NCBI GenBank assembly: GCA_963775425.1
Contig: CAVZJB010000011.1
Location: 512,001-576,000, forward strand
Direction: 5' to 3'
DNA: 64,000 nt
DNA from: an uncultured delta proteobacterium
GTDB lineage: Bacteria; Myxococcota; UBA727; VGSZ01
The notes beneath the pieces are model-generated. The model was not told the origin of the DNA, did no database searches, and saw nothing but the letters and a program-made list of their open reading frames with translations. Positions 19,518-30,969 of the stretch are shown in pieces. The translations under genes were made by a program, and so were the position numbers. Position 1 is the first letter of the stretch. The number at the start of each line of letters is the position of its first letter.

Positions 19518-19622
19518 GCGCGAATGTTGCCGCGTGCGATCGCGGGCTGCTGCGAGTGAGACATTGGTGCTCGGAAGGAAAGAAGGCGGCGCCCGCGCCG
19601 GTCCGCTGTAGAGTGCGGCGCG

Positions 19623-20426
19623 ATGGCATCGTCGTTCGTGCGCGAGATCCAAGAGCGTGTCGACAGGCTCGAGCTCCCGTTCAACCGCGAGGGCTTCGAC
19701 AAGTACGGCATCTCCAAAAAGCACCTCGTCATCTTCTTCACGGCGCTCGGTTGGATGTACCGCAACTATTTCCGCGTGAAGGTCGACGGCATCGAGAACG
19801 TGCCCAAGCGCGGCCGCGCCATGCTCGTCGGCAACCACTCCGGCGGCTACGCCATCGACGGCGCCATGGTCATCGCGAGCATGCTGCTCGACATGAATCC
19901 GCCGCGGCTCGCACAGGGCATGGCCGAGAAGTTCCTCAACGAGCTGCCCATCGCCTCCCTGTGGACGAGCCGCGTCGGGCAGCTCACCGGTCTCCCCGAG
20001 CACGCGGTGCGTCTCCTCGAGGACGATCGCCTGCTCATGGTCTTCCCCGAAGGCGCGCGCGGCACGGCCAAGCTCTACAAGGACCGCTACAGCCTCGTCG
20101 GCTTCGGCACCGGGTTCCTGCGGCTGGCGCTCCAGACCAAGACGCCCATCGTGCCGCTCGCGTTCATCGGCGGCGGCGACGTGCTCCCCACGGTGATGAA
20201 CCTCTACACGCTCGGCAAGCTCGTGGGCGCGCCGTACCTCCCGGTCACCCCGTACGTGTTGCCGCTGCCGTTGCCGCGCGCGTGCGAGATCGTCTACGGC
20301 GAGCCCATGCTCTTCGAGGGCACCGGCGACGAGGACGACGAGAAGATCGAGCACCTCGTCCTGCAGGTGAAGGAGCGCGTACACGCGCTCATGGACAGGG
20401 GCCGCGCCCAGAGGAGCGGCCGATGA
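19623..20426 (+). CDS. Lysophospholipid/glycerol acyltransferase family protein
   Basis: NHSGGYAID (HX4-5D) and VFPEGARG motifs. Confidence 0.92.
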   Translation: MASSFVREIQERVDRLELPFNREGFDKYGISKKHLVIFFTALGWMYRNYFRVKVDGIENVPKRGRAMLVGNHSGGYAIDGAMVIASMLLDMNPPRLAQGMAEKFLNELPIASLWTSRVGQLTGLPEHAVRLLEDDRLLMVFPEGARGTAKLYKDRYSLVGFGTGFLRLALQTKTPIVPLAFIGGGDVLPTVMNLYTLGKLVGAPYLPVTPYVLPLPLPRACEIVYGEPMLFEGTGDEDDEKIEHLVLQVKERVHALMDRGRAQRSGR

Positions 20427-21340
20427 GGGTGCTCATCACGGGCATCGCGGGCACCATCGGGCGCAAGGTCGCGTCGCTGTTGCTCGCCCGCGGCCACACG
20501 GTGTTCGGCATCGACCGGCGGCCGTGGCCCGACGCTCCCCGCCACGTCGAGGTCATCAACGTCGACATCCGCAAGCGCGCCGCCGAAGACGTCATCCGCA
20601 CCAAGCACCCCGACTGCGTGATCCACATGGCCACCATCACGCACTTCAAGGCCGACGCCGACGAGCGTTACCGCGTGAACCTCGGCGGCACCCGCGCGGT
20701 GTTCGAGCAGTGCCACCGCCACGGCGTCAAAGAGGCGATCTTCGTCGGGCGCCACACCTTCTACGGCGCCGCGGCCGACGCGCCCCTGTATCACACGGAG
20801 TCGGACCCGCCGCTCGCGGTGTCCACGTTCCCCGAGCTCGCCGACCTCGTCGCCGCCGACCTCTTCGCCGCCAGCGCGCTGTGGCGCTTCCCCGAGATGA
20901 AGACCACGGTCCTGCGCACCGTGTACACGCTCGGCCCGAGCCTCACCGGCACCCTGGCGACGTACATCCGGCCCAAGCGCGTGCCCACCGTCCTCGGCTT
21001 CGACCCGCTGTACCAGTTCATGCACGAGGACGACTGCGCCCGCGCCATCGCCGAGGTCCCCGGTCGCGGCATGAAGGGCATCTTCAACATCGCCGGCCCG
21101 CAGCCCATCCCGCTGTCCTCGATGCTGCGCCTCGCCGGCCGCCGGAACATCCCCGTCCCCGAGCCGCTCTACACTGCGCTCCTCGGGCACTTCGGCTTCC
21201 CGCGCCTGCCGCCCGGCGCCGTGAACCACATCAAGTTCCCCGTCGTCGTCGACGACAGCGCGTTTCGTGAGGCGACGGGGTTCAGCCACGAGCTCGACGA
21301 GGCCCAGGCCGTCGGCGCTTTCCGCTGGGCCGCGGTGTAA
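20423..21340 (+). CDS. NAD-dependent epimerase/dehydratase (extended SDR)
   Basis: [13 protein letters not shown]; [12 protein letters not shown]; ATGA overlap. Confidence 0.9.
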   Translation: MRVLITGIAGTIGRKVASLLLARGHTVFGIDRRPWPDAPRHVEVINVDIRKRAAEDVIRTKHPDCVIHMATITHFKADADERYRVNLGGTRAVFEQCHRHGVKEAIFVGRHTFYGAAADAPLYHTESDPPLAVSTFPELADLVAADLFAASALWRFPEMKTTVLRTVYTLGPSLTGTLATYIRPKRVPTVLGFDPLYQFMHEDDCARAIAEVPGRGMKGIFNIAGPQPIPLSSMLRLAGRRNIPVPEPLYTALLGHFGFPRLPPGAVNHIKFPVVVDDSAFREATGFSHELDEAQAVGAFRWAAV

Positions 21341-21442
21341 CGCTCCCCGCGCCGGCGCACGCCGGCATCGAGGCGCTCGGCCCGCGGTGACCGCGGGGCT
21401 CCAAGGGTCGCGACGGGCGCTGCGGCATGTCAGAGTTCGCGC

Positions 21443-22348
21443 ATGCTCCCGCTTCTCTCTCTCGCCGTCATCGCGCTGACCGCCGCGGCGCCGCCCCCCG
21501 ACGCCCCGACCCCCGCCGCGCCGCCCGCCGACGCGCCGCCCCCCGCTGCGGCGCCCGCAGAGCCCAAGCGGGCGCTGCGCCTCGCCGTCTACGACCTCAA
21601 GGCCGACGGCATCGATCCGCGCACGGTGCGCATCGTCAACGAGGCCGTCGTCGCCGAGCTGCGCAAGCTGCAGCACACGAGCGTGGTGTCCATGGACGAG
21701 GTGAAGGCCATGCTCGACCTCGAGGCCCAAAAGGAGCTCGTCGGCTGCAGCGACGAGAGCTGCCTGTCGGAGATCGCCGACTCCCTCGGCGTCGACGGCC
21801 TCGTCATCGGCAACGTCGCGCGCCTCGAGGGAGACACCATCATCGGCCTCAAGCGCCTCGACCAGCGAAAGGGCGGCGTGGTGGGCACCGCATCCAAGCG
21901 GCTGAAGACCGTCGACGGCAGCGAGCTGCTCGCCGCCGTCGGCCCGCTCGTCGCCGAGGCGTTCCCCGACATCCCGCTGCGGCCCGGGACCAGGCGGGGC
22001 GTGGACCCGGCCATCGTCCTGCGCCTCAACCCGCCGCCCGTGCCGGCGTGGGCGTACTGGAGCGACGCCGTCGCCACCGGCGCCGTCGCCGTCGCCGGCG
22101 CGTCCGCCGTCGTCCTCAACCGCCTCGCCGTCGCCGATCACGACGCGTTCGTCGCCGCCACGCTCGAGACGCAGACGCCGGTGCGCGGCGTCGATGTGCG
22201 CGCCAAGCAGGACACCATCGCCGGCACAGCCGTGGCCTCGTGGATCCTGCTCGGCACCGCCGCTCTCGGCGGCGCCTCGCTCGGCGCGCTCATCCCGTTC
22301 ACGGACTTTGACGACCTCAAAGACGCCGGCGCCGGAGGTGCGGAGTGA
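21443..22348 (+). CDS. Secreted protein with TolB-N/CsgG-like domain and C-terminal hydrophobic helices
   Basis: Signal peptide; LAVYDL...GCSDESCLSEIADSLGVD motif. Confidence 0.7.
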   Translation: MLPLLSLAVIALTAAAPPPDAPTPAAPPADAPPPAAAPAEPKRALRLAVYDLKADGIDPRTVRIVNEAVVAELRKLQHTSVVSMDEVKAMLDLEAQKELVGCSDESCLSEIADSLGVDGLVIGNVARLEGDTIIGLKRLDQRKGGVVGTASKRLKTVDGSELLAAVGPLVAEAFPDIPLRPGTRRGVDPAIVLRLNPPPVPAWAYWSDAVATGAVAVAGASAVVLNRLAVADHDAFVAATLETQTPVRGVDVRAKQDTIAGTAVASWILLGTAALGGASLGALIPFTDFDDLKDAGAGGAE

Positions 22349-25300
22349 ACGCCGCCCTCGCCGCGCGCGCCGGCCGCGCCCACCTCGCCGTCGTCGCCGT
22401 CGTCGTCGCCGTCGCCGGCGTGGCGTGCATCGACCCGACCATCCCCGACGGTGCCCTCATCTCGTGCGCCAAGGACGCCGACTGCCCCGACGGCTTCGTG
22501 TGCCAGGAGGCGCGAAGCCTCTGCGTCCTGCAGAAGAACCTCGACGAAAAGCCCCCGGTCCTCACCGGCACGCCCACGCTCGACCCCGTCGTCGGCAACG
22601 CGGGCACCGTGTTCACGCTCACCTTCGACGTCAGCGAGGCCCTGTCCGCCGACCCCGACGTCAGCGTCGACATCGGCGCCGCGTCGTCAGCGCCTTTCAC
22701 CCTCGACGCCGAAGCGAGCGACGCGGCCGCGCTCCACTACGTGCTCACGTACACCGCGAGCGGCGCCGAGGCGCCCGACCGGCCGAGCCCCGTGACCATC
22801 AAGCTCGTCGACAAGGCCGACAACCCCTCGGCGGATCTGTCCGGCGGCGTCATCACCTTCGACTTCGCGCCGCCGGCGCTCACCTCGCCGTCGCTCTCGG
22901 CCACGCTCATCGGCCCGGGCGACGTCCTCACCGCCACGTTCACGCCCACCGAGGACCTCGCGGCGGGCGGCGCGGCCGTCGCCCTCGTCCCCGTCGACGG
23001 CGGCGACGTCATCGACATGGTCGACGCCGGCGACGGCAGCTTCGTCTACGACGACGCCGGGGACGAGGCCGACGGCGACTACTCCGTCGAGGCCACGCTC
23101 ACCAATCTCTCGGGCAACACCGCGGGCGGGCTCCTCGTCGGCCGCGTCACCGTCGACAACACCCCGCCCGCGGTCCAGGCCGGCGCCACCATCCGCACCG
23201 TCCCCGACGTCGAGCTCCGCGGTGACGACGTGCTCGACGCCAGGGCCGACACGGTGCTCGAGGTGGTGTTCGTGGCCAGTGAGCCGCTCGCGGGGAGCCC
23301 GCGCGTGTTCGTCTCGTGCGGCGGCGCGGAGCGCGACATGGAGCGCACGGGCGATGTCACGAGCCCCATCGTGTTCGTCGAGCGGCTCGCCGGCGGGCTG
23401 GACACGCTCCCCGAGGGCGCGTGCGACGTGCTCGCCGACCTCGCCGACGCCGCCGGCAACCAGGCGCTCGGCGCGCCCGTGCTCGCGCCCGCGTTCGACC
23501 TCGACGTCACGGCGCCGCTCGCTCCCGACGTCGACACGCCCGACGCCGTCGTCTACCGCCGCGTCCCCTGGGGCGACGACGCCACCGGCGGCGCGAAGCG
23601 CTTCACGGTCGACGGCCTCGCGGGCGCGGCGGAGCCCTTCGCGCGCGTGGCCGTGTACGAGACCGAGGACGCGCCGCCGGAGGACGCCGTCGGCCACGTC
23701 GACGCCGACGGGACCGGCGCGTTCTCTCTCGTCTTGAACCCCGTCGATCGCGCGGAGCTGTTCGTGTCGCAGATCGATCCCGCCGGCAACGAAGGCCCGC
23801 GCGCCCGCGTGCGCGACATCGAGTGGGTCGCCACCATGGGCGGCAAGGTCCCCGGCTCGAGCTTCGTCAACCCGCACACGTTCCAGTCGCGCTCCATCCT
23901 CACCGACGCGCTCGTCCAGGGCGCCGTCGTCGAGCTCGGTGATCAGGCCGCCGCCGGCGACGGCGTCGTCGCCGTCACCACGGGCGCGTCGACGTGGGAG
24001 AACATCACCGAGGGCGCGGGGCGGCGAAACCCCGACATCGAGCGGCCCATGCTCGCGTACGACCCCGCGCGCAGCCGGCTGTTCCTGTTCGGTGGCCAGT
24101 CCTGCGTGTGCGGCGCCGGCAACGGCCTCGCTCCCTGCATCGACACCTTCGCGCGGGCCGGCGCCCATTGGTCCACCGTCACCATCGCCGACCCCGAGGG
24201 CGACGGCTCGCCGGTGGCCGAGGAGGGCGGGGCCATGGTCTTCGACGTCTCGCGCGGCGTCTCCGTGCTCTTCGGCACCGGCGGCGCGGCCGACGTCTGG
24301 GAGCTCGACGGCACGTCGTGGCGTCACGCGTGCGACGCCGCGTGCGCGGCGAACGGCCCGTCACCGCGCGCGCAGCTCGCGGCGGCGTACGATCCCGTGC
24401 GCCGTCGAAGCGTCGTCTTCGGCGGCAAAGCGGGCGCCGGCCTCACCGACGAGACGTGGGAGTGGGACGGCCACGCGTGGCGCGCCGCCTGCGTCGACGC
24501 CACGTGCACCAAGCCGCCGGCGCGGGCCGCGCACGGGATGATCTACGACGACGCGCTCCGCGCCGTGGTGGTGTTCGGCGGCGACGGCGACGGCAACATC
24601 GACGGCGACGGCCGCGACGACGGCGGCCTCCTGAACGACATCTGGTCCTTCGACGGCGCGTCGTGGACGGAGCTGTGCACCGACGCGGCGTGCGCGGCGA
24701 CCCGGCCCACGGCGCGGGACCACGCGGGCTTCGCCTACGATCGCGTGCGCAACCAGGCCGTGATCTTCGGCGGCCTGTCCGGCGCGGCCGGCACCTGCGG
24801 CGGCGATCCGAACGGCCAGGTCCACGCGCTGCTGTCGGACACGGTGCTGTTCGACGGCGCGCGCTTCACCACCGTGACGCCGGCGGACCCCGAGGGCGAC
24901 GGCGACCCGACGCCGCGGCGCAGCCCGGGCATGGCCTGGGACCCGCGGCAGCAGCGCGTGGTGATGGTGAGCGGCGTCGACGACGAGCCCTGCGCCACGC
25001 TCGAGTGCACGCGCACCAACGCCGAGGACACCTGGGAGTGGGACGGCACGAGCTGGCATTCGTTCGCCGACGTCACCGAGCCCACCGACAACGCGGCGCT
25101 GTCGGCGGCGTTCGATCCGCAGCGCGACGAGGTGCTCATGGTTGGCACCGGCGGCGCCATCTTCCGCTTCGGCGAGCGTTGGCGCTCGTCGGGCACCTTC
25201 ACCACCGTGCACGCGCGCGTGGCCAGGGAGAGCGGCCGGCTCATGGTCTTCGGCGGGCTCACGACGGGCAACGCCCTGTCTTCGTTCACGGGCTTCGCCG

Positions 25301-26385
25301 CCGCCGGCAACTTCGCCCCGTTCCTTCAGATCTGCGTCATCGGGCAGCCCTGTCCGCCCACGCCGCCGGCGCGCTCGCTCCAGGCGATGGCGGAGTCGCC
25401 GACGGGCGGCGCCTTGATGTTCGGGGGCTCCAACTCGGCGTCGGAGAGCCCATTCAACGGCACCACCGGTGACACGTGGCAGCTCAACGGCAGTTGGGCG
25501 CAGCTCTGCACCGGGTGCACGACGGGGACCACGAGCCCACCCGCGCGCATGCAGTCCGCCATGGCCTTCGACAGCGACCGCGGCGTCGACGTCATGTTCG
25601 GCGGACAACCGGGCGACGCGCCCACGCCCCTCGACGACACCTGGGAGTGGGACGGCGCCGCGTGGCAGCAGCGCTCGCCCGCCCATCGCCCGCCGGCGCG
25701 CACCCAGGAGACGCTCACCTACGACGAGGCGCGCCACCGGGCCATTCTCTTCGGCGGCTTCGCCGGCGGCTTCTTCGGCGTGAACTGCGGCAACGGCAAA
25801 AACGAGTGCACCGACCTGTGGGAGTGGGACGGCAGCGACTGGAGCCAGCCGCTCATCTCCGACGTGCACGAAAACGGCACGCCCGGCGGGCGCTTCGGGC
25901 ACGCCATGGCGTTCTCGCCGCGCCTGCAAAAGAGCGTGATGTTCGGCGGCGGCGACGCCGAGACCTGGCTGTACGACGCCGGCGGCCACGACCGGCCCGG
26001 CCAGGTGATGGCCGCGGCGTTCGCGGCGGCGGGCACCGCCGGCGACGAGACCATCGTCGACGTGAGCGCGCGGTTCGACAGCGGCGGCCTCGGCGACAAC
26101 GACGCCGCCGGCGCGCGGCTGTTCGTGTGGGACGAGGACGGCTGGCGCGCGCTCGCGGACAACAGCGCCCCCGCCGGCGCCCCCGCCGACGTCGTCTGGG
26201 ACGACGCCGACACGCCCCTCGACGCCACCGACACCGGCGGGACAGCGCTGCCCCGCTTGTTCTTCGGGACCGAGCGCACGCTCTTCTTCGCCGTGGCGCC
26301 CGCGACGGAAAACGGCGGCCGCGCCGGCTTCGGCGAGGTCGACACCGACGCCGCGGAGGTGACGGTGAAGTACCGCCTGCCGTGA
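22345..26385 (+). CDS. Large lipoprotein with Ig-like domains and kelch-like beta-propeller repeats
   Basis: VAGVAC lipobox; D.AGN Ig-like motifs; repeated YD..R....FGG...DTWEWDG. Confidence 0.85.
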   Translation: MNAALAARAGRAHLAVVAVVVAVAGVACIDPTIPDGALISCAKDADCPDGFVCQEARSLCVLQKNLDEKPPVLTGTPTLDPVVGNAGTVFTLTFDVSEALSADPDVSVDIGAASSAPFTLDAEASDAAALHYVLTYTASGAEAPDRPSPVTIKLVDKADNPSADLSGGVITFDFAPPALTSPSLSATLIGPGDVLTATFTPTEDLAAGGAAVALVPVDGGDVIDMVDAGDGSFVYDDAGDEADGDYSVEATLTNLSGNTAGGLLVGRVTVDNTPPAVQAGATIRTVPDVELRGDDVLDARADTVLEVVFVASEPLAGSPRVFVSCGGAERDMERTGDVTSPIVFVERLAGGLDTLPEGACDVLADLADAAGNQALGAPVLAPAFDLDVTAPLAPDVDTPDAVVYRRVPWGDDATGGAKRFTVDGLAGAAEPFARVAVYETEDAPPEDAVGHVDADGTGAFSLVLNPVDRAELFVSQIDPAGNEGPRARVRDIEWVATMGGKVPGSSFVNPHTFQSRSILTDALVQGAVVELGDQAAAGDGVVAVTTGASTWENITEGAGRRNPDIERPMLAYDPARSRLFLFGGQSCVCGAGNGLAPCIDTFARAGAHWSTVTIADPEGDGSPVAEEGGAMVFDVSRGVSVLFGTGGAADVWELDGTSWRHACDAACAANGPSPRAQLAAAYDPVRRRSVVFGGKAGAGLTDETWEWDGHAWRAACVDATCTKPPARAAHGMIYDDALRAVVVFGGDGDGNIDGDGRDDGGLLNDIWSFDGASWTELCTDAACAATRPTARDHAGFAYDRVRNQAVIFGGLSGAAGTCGGDPNGQVHALLSDTVLFDGARFTTVTPADPEGDGDPTPRRSPGMAWDPRQQRVVMVSGVDDEPCATLECTRTNAEDTWEWDGTSWHSFADVTEPTDNAALSAAFDPQRDEVLMVGTGGAIFRFGERWRSSGTFTTVHARVARESGRLMVFGGLTTGNALSSFTGFAAAGNFAPFLQICVIGQPCPPTPPARSLQAMAESPTGGALMFGGSNSASESPFNGTTGDTWQLNGSWAQLCTGCTTGTTSPPARMQSAMAFDSDRGVDVMFGGQPGDAPTPLDDTWEWDGAAWQQRSPAHRPPARTQETLTYDEARHRAILFGGFAGGFFGVNCGNGKNECTDLWEWDGSDWSQPLISDVHENGTPGGRFGHAMAFSPRLQKSVMFGGGDAETWLYDAGGHDRPGQVMAAAFAAAGTAGDETIVDVSARFDSGGLGDNDAAGARLFVWDEDGWRALADNSAPAGAPADVVWDDADTPLDATDTGGTALPRLFFGTERTLFFAVAPATENGGRAGFGEVDTDAAEVTVKYRLP

Positions 26386-26418
26386 CGTCGCACCTGCGGC
26401 GGCGGTGCGGCGGCGCGG

Positions 26419-26922
26419 CTACTGCCGCCCGCAGGCGGTGTCGGTGGTGCAGATGCGGCCGGTGAGGGTGTCCTCACAGCGGTCGTTGCTGACGGCGGTG
26501 CCTTCGTTGCAGAAGTCGTCGCCGGAGCAGGCGGCGTGGCAGAATTCGTCGGCGCCGCAGACGCCCCGGGCGTCGACGCAGGTGAGCTCTCGCGGCTGTT
26601 CGGTCGACAAGCGGCAGCGCGAGAGCGTGGGGCAGTCGTCGTCGGTGATGCAGGGGGCCACGCACACGCCGAACGGCGCCGCGGGGTCTTGGCCGCCGCC
26701 GGAGAACGGCGCCCACGCGCCGCCGCAGGTGCAGACGGTGCCCGCGGGGCAGTCGGGATCGCTGCGGCAGGTCTGCGCGCATATCCCGTAGAAGGCGACG
26801 AGGTCGTCGTCGGGGCTCGGGCACTCGCCGTTGACGTTGGGCGCGTCGCCGGCGGCGCGAAAGGCGTCGCAGCCCGCGGCGGCGACGGCGCAGGCGACAA
26901 CGAGGACGGCGACGCGCCGCAT
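26419..26922 (-). CDS. Small Cys-rich lipoprotein
   Basis: AAAGC lipobox; C..D.DCP repeats. Confidence 0.75.
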   Translation of the reverse strand: MRRVAVLVVACAVAAAGCDAFRAAGDAPNVNGECPSPDDDLVAFYGICAQTCRSDPDCPAGTVCTCGGAWAPFSGGGQDPAAPFGVCVAPCITDDDCPTLSRCRLSTEQPRELTCVDARGVCGADEFCHAACSGDDFCNEGTAVSNDRCEDTLTGRICTTDTACGRQ

Positions 26923-26937
26923 GCCGCGGGACGACGG

Positions 26938-29848
26938 CTACTCGAAGTCCGTGAAGACCACGGGCAGCTCGACGTCGCCGCGGGAGATGCCGCCGGTGAC
27001 GTTGGAGAGGAACCAGGTGCCGGTCACGAGCGGCTCTTGCGCCTGGAAGACCGCGGTGAAGCCGTCGGCGCTGCCGTTCACGTAGGTAAGCGTGACGTCG
27101 GCGACGGGCAGGTCGTCGAAGGTGATGTTGAACGGGCCGGCGACGTCGACGCGCCCGTCGTTGTTCGCGTCGTCGTTTTCGGCCACGATGTCGAGGTCGG
27201 TGGCGACGTCGCCGATGGAGAGCGTCTGCTGCACCGGGGCGTCGAATTCACGGCCGGGCAGCACCTCGATGCTGTAGGTGACGTTGTCGACGGTGGTGGT
27301 GCGGCCGGTGCCGTCGCCCATGAGGTCATCCACCGCCGTCTGCACCGCCGACAGCGTCACGGCCTCGTCCATCTGGCAGCTCCACGTGAGGGCGAGCTGG
27401 TCGCCGCCGACGAGCCGGCCGTCGTTTTGCACGAGGTTGCGCGCGACGACGAGCGACGCGGCGAGCACGTCGGTGGGATCGAGCGTGGCCTGCAGGAGCA
27501 CCGCGTCGACGCCGTCTTCGTCCTGGATGCCGGCGGCGCCGAGCGTGAACACCACGGGGTTCTTGGTGGCGAGCGTGGCGCCGTCGGGCAGGGTGGCGAT
27601 GAACACCGTGTTGGCCACGGCGGCGACGTCCGCGGCGACGAGGTCGGTGCCGTTGGCGAACGCGTTGAGCGCCGTCACCACGGCGTCCTTGGCCGCGTTC
27701 ACGGAGCCCGCGCCGAGCGGCTCACTGAAGGTGAAGGTCACGGTGTCTCCGCCCTCGAGCAGGCCGTCGCCACAGCTCGTGTCCAGCGCGCGCGCGCCGG
27801 TGACGCTCGCGAGCGTGGGCGCGAGGTCGGGGTCGAAGCGCGGGTCGCTCACGACGAGCGTCTGGTTCTGGAGGATGCTCAGGCCGTTGTCGTCGAGGAC
27901 GGTGTCGGCGAGCGTGCCGAAGGTCATGGTGCCCGCGTTGATCTCCGAATTCCTGATCCCCGCTCAGGATGTACGAGAAGACGCTGTTGCCGCTGCCCGC
28001 GCTGATGCTGCCCTTGACCGTGGCCGCGTCGAACGTGCCGCGGCGCACGCCGCCGGTCAGCGGATCGTTGACGATGCGCTCGGCGAGCTCGGTGGTCGTG
28101 GTGTCCGGATCCATGGCCTTGCTGAACGTGAACACCAGGATGTCGCCGGCCTGGATGACGTTGTCCTCGCGCGGCGTGCCGGCGCCGAGCGCGACGAGCA
28201 CCGTGTCCTGCTCGGCGACGGGGACGAGCGCGGGCTGGACGATGAAGGCGTCGCGCGTGGCCTGCGGCACCTGGTTGTCCGCGAGGGCGATGCCGACGTC
28301 GGCGGCGTTGTCGATGTCGGTGATGGTGGTCTGCAGCGCGCCGAGCGACAACAGCGACGGCACCACGACGCCCTCGCCCGCCTTGAGCGTGTACAGGAAG
28401 CGCGTGCCGCCGGCCTGGGAGACGATGTCGCCGGCGGCGGCGGCGAGGGTGTTGCTCGCGTCGGCGTCGCCGAGCGCGGTGAGCGCGCGCGCCAGCTCCG
28501 TCTGCACCGTGGCCACCTGCATGGGCTCGCTGAAGGTGACGACCATCGTGTCGCCCTGCACGAGGAAGTCGTTGTCGTGCGCGCCGCCGTTTTGGCGATC
28601 GGGGACGCCGGTGGCGAGCACCACCTGCATGGTGTCCCCGCTCTGGGCGTCGACGACGTTCAGCGTGGGCACGGTGATGTCGGTGATGACGAAGTGCAGC
28701 GTCTGCGTGGTGTTGGTGATGCCGAAGTCGCTGGTGACGTCGTGCGGCTGCAGCGCGAGGTCGAAGCTGCCGCCGATGCCCGTGAGATCCACCGGGCCCG
28801 TGCCCTGGACGGTGACGCGGAAGGTGTCGGCGGCGATCTCGACGACGTCGACGTCCGTGAACGGCCCCTCCTCGAGGCGGATCTCGATGGCCTGCTCGGT
28901 GGACTGCGGGTCCATGGGCGTGTCGAAGCGCAGCGTGAAGCGGTCGCCCGGCTGCCAGATGCCGTCCTCGCGCACGGCGGCGGTGACGATGTCGACGTCG
29001 GGATCGAACGGCACGGCGCTCGGCTCGCGCTGGTCGTCCGCCACCAGGCCGTCGTTCAACACGAGCTCCGTGAGCGCGTTGCCGTCGCCGTCGATGTCTT
29101 TGACGGTGAACGGCGGCAGGATGAGGGCGACGCCGGTGTTGTCGCCGTTTGCGTTGAAGGCCGCGATGGGCAGCGGCTCCGCGAGCGTCCACGTGAATTC
29201 GTACTCGAGGCCGGCGTCGGTCTCGGTGACGTCGAAGGCGTCGTCGATGCCGATCACGCCCTGGATCCACTCGTCGAGATCGTCGCGCGTGGTGATGCCC
29301 ATGGGGCGGTCGAAGCGCAGGTGGAACGAGGCGCCCTGCGGCAGGAGCCCGTCGGCGACGCGGTCGTTCTCGAGGTCGAGGACGCGCACGCCGTCGACCA
29401 CGGTGAAGCAGGTGCGGTCGATGGCGTCGCCGGCGCTGTCACAGCCGACGCCGGCCACGGCGGCGACCAGCTCGGGCGCCGAGCGCCGCGAGAACGACAG
29501 TGTGATGGCCTCGCCCGACAGGAGCGCGTCGTTCACGTTGCCGCCGAATTCGGCCTGCACCTTGTTGTCGGCGTCGACGCCGTCTTCGTCGAGGCCGGCG
29601 AGCGCGAGGATCTGGGTGGCGGCGCCGTCTTGGCCGTCTTGGCCGTCCTGGCCGTCGGCGCCGTTTTGGCCGTCGGCGCCGTTTTGGCCGTCGGCGCCGT
29701 TTGCGCCGTCTTGTCCGTCGACGCCGGGCGCGCCCTTGTCCCCCTTGGGACCGGCGGCCGCGGCGCCGCCGCAGTCACACCCGAAGGGGAGCGCCGCGAG
29801 GCCGAGCGCGAACGTGAGGATGAGCCGGGTGCGAGGACGGGCGATCAT
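26938..29848 (-). CDS. Large surface lipoprotein with collagen-like segment and Ig-like repeats, +1 frameshift at about 27945
   Basis: LPFGCDC lipobox; GXY triplets; repeated GD....(T/R)F(S/D).PM motifs on both sides of the shift; removing one base gives DQEFEINAGTMTFG. Confidence 0.75.
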
Positions 29849-29939
29849 GGCGTCTCCTGTTCAAAGGGAGGCGCAGCTTAGGGCAAGTCGCCCTCGGAAT
29901 CACGGGCCCGCGCGTGATTGAGCGCGCCCGCCGCGGCCG

Positions 29940-30827
29940 TCAGCGGCAATGCCTCGGTAGTTGCTTGAGGACCTCGTCGAAGCCCTTCACGGGGAAGGCC
30001 ACGTCCTCGACCTTCCTGGCCATCGGCACCTTGAGCGTGAGGCTGTCGGCGTCCTTCATGGCGCGAAAGCCGCCCTTGGCGTCGACGATGAACAGCGCCT
30101 TGCCGTCCGTGGACGGCTTCACCTTCCACTTCATCGGCTTGCTGCTGCCGGCGACGGCGTAGATGACCTTGGTGTGGTGCTTCACCTTGGCGGGCATCAT
30201 CACGTAGAGGTCGGCTTTTCTCCCGGTGCAGGACGCCGTGAGCCGCTCGCCGTGCTCGCTGTCGAGGCGCGCGTAGGTGGTGGGCGGCTTCCTGCGCTTG
30301 CCCGGCCGCGTCTCCACCTGCCACAGGCCCGTGGGGAGCGCGGCCGGCGCCGGCGCCGGCGCGCAGCCGAAGCGGTTCTGGTTCTTCACGTCCTCGACCG
30401 CGCGCTCCGGGTCCTTGACGGGGAGCTTGGCCGTGAGCTTTTCGCAGATCGCCTTCTTGGCCGCGTCGTCGTCCATGGCGGAGACGTCGATGCCGAGCTC
30501 CTTGGCGGCGTCGGCGAGGAGCTGCTTTTGCGCCTCGGCCTTGTGCTTGTCCTTGTCGAGGTCGTCGCACTTCTTGAAGAGGTCGTTGGCCACGACGCCG
30601 AGGCGCTCGCTCTTCACCATGCCGAGGAAGTTCTTCTGCAGCTCGGCCGCGTCGACCTCGGCGGTGGCGCCGCTGGCGCACCTGGCCGTCACCTTGGCCT
30701 CCGTGACGGTCACCTCTTTGATCCCCTGTTTGGACAGGACGTCCGTCAGGCGCTGCTGGGAGTCGTCGCTGCAGGCGGCGAGGGCAAAGGAGGCGAGCAG
30801 GGAGGGGATCAGAACGAGCCGTTTCAT
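29940..30827 (-). CDS. Lipoprotein of unknown function
   Basis: MKRLVLIPSLLASFALAAC lipoprotein signal; coding-like codon bias. Confidence 0.8.
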   Translation of the reverse strand: MKRLVLIPSLLASFALAACSDDSQQRLTDVLSKQGIKEVTVTEAKVTARCASGATAEVDAAELQKNFLGMVKSERLGVVANDLFKKCDDLDKDKHKAEAQKQLLADAAKELGIDVSAMDDDAAKKAICEKLTAKLPVKDPERAVEDVKNQNRFGCAPAPAPAALPTGLWQVETRPGKRRKPPTTYARLDSEHGERLTASCTGRKADLYVMMPAKVKHHTKVIYAVAGSSKPMKWKVKPSTDGKALFIVDAKGGFRAMKDADSLTLKVPMARKVEDVAFPVKGFDEVLKQLPRHCR

Positions 30828-30932
30828 GGGCCCGCAGCATGCCTCAGATCCCCGCGTCTTCGCCCTTTTCGAGCCGAAATCTGCCCCGCGGACCCAGGCC
30901 CCGCCGCGCCGCATCGCCCCGATTTGCCACCA

Positions 30933-30962
30933 TTGACAGTATATGCTGTCACTCGATACCGT
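30933..30962 (+). promoter_or_regulatory. Promoter with dyad operator overlapping the -35 box and spacer
   Basis: TTGACA 30933-30938, 18 bp, TACCGT 30957-30962; dyad TGACAG-tATATg-CTGTCA 30934-30951. Confidence 0.75.
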
Positions 30963-30969
30963 GACGAGC

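Noticed and set aside
3250-27960. Programmed frameshifting or phase variation at the three frameshift sites
   Set aside because: No slippery heptamers or long homopolymers; error or point indel is simpler
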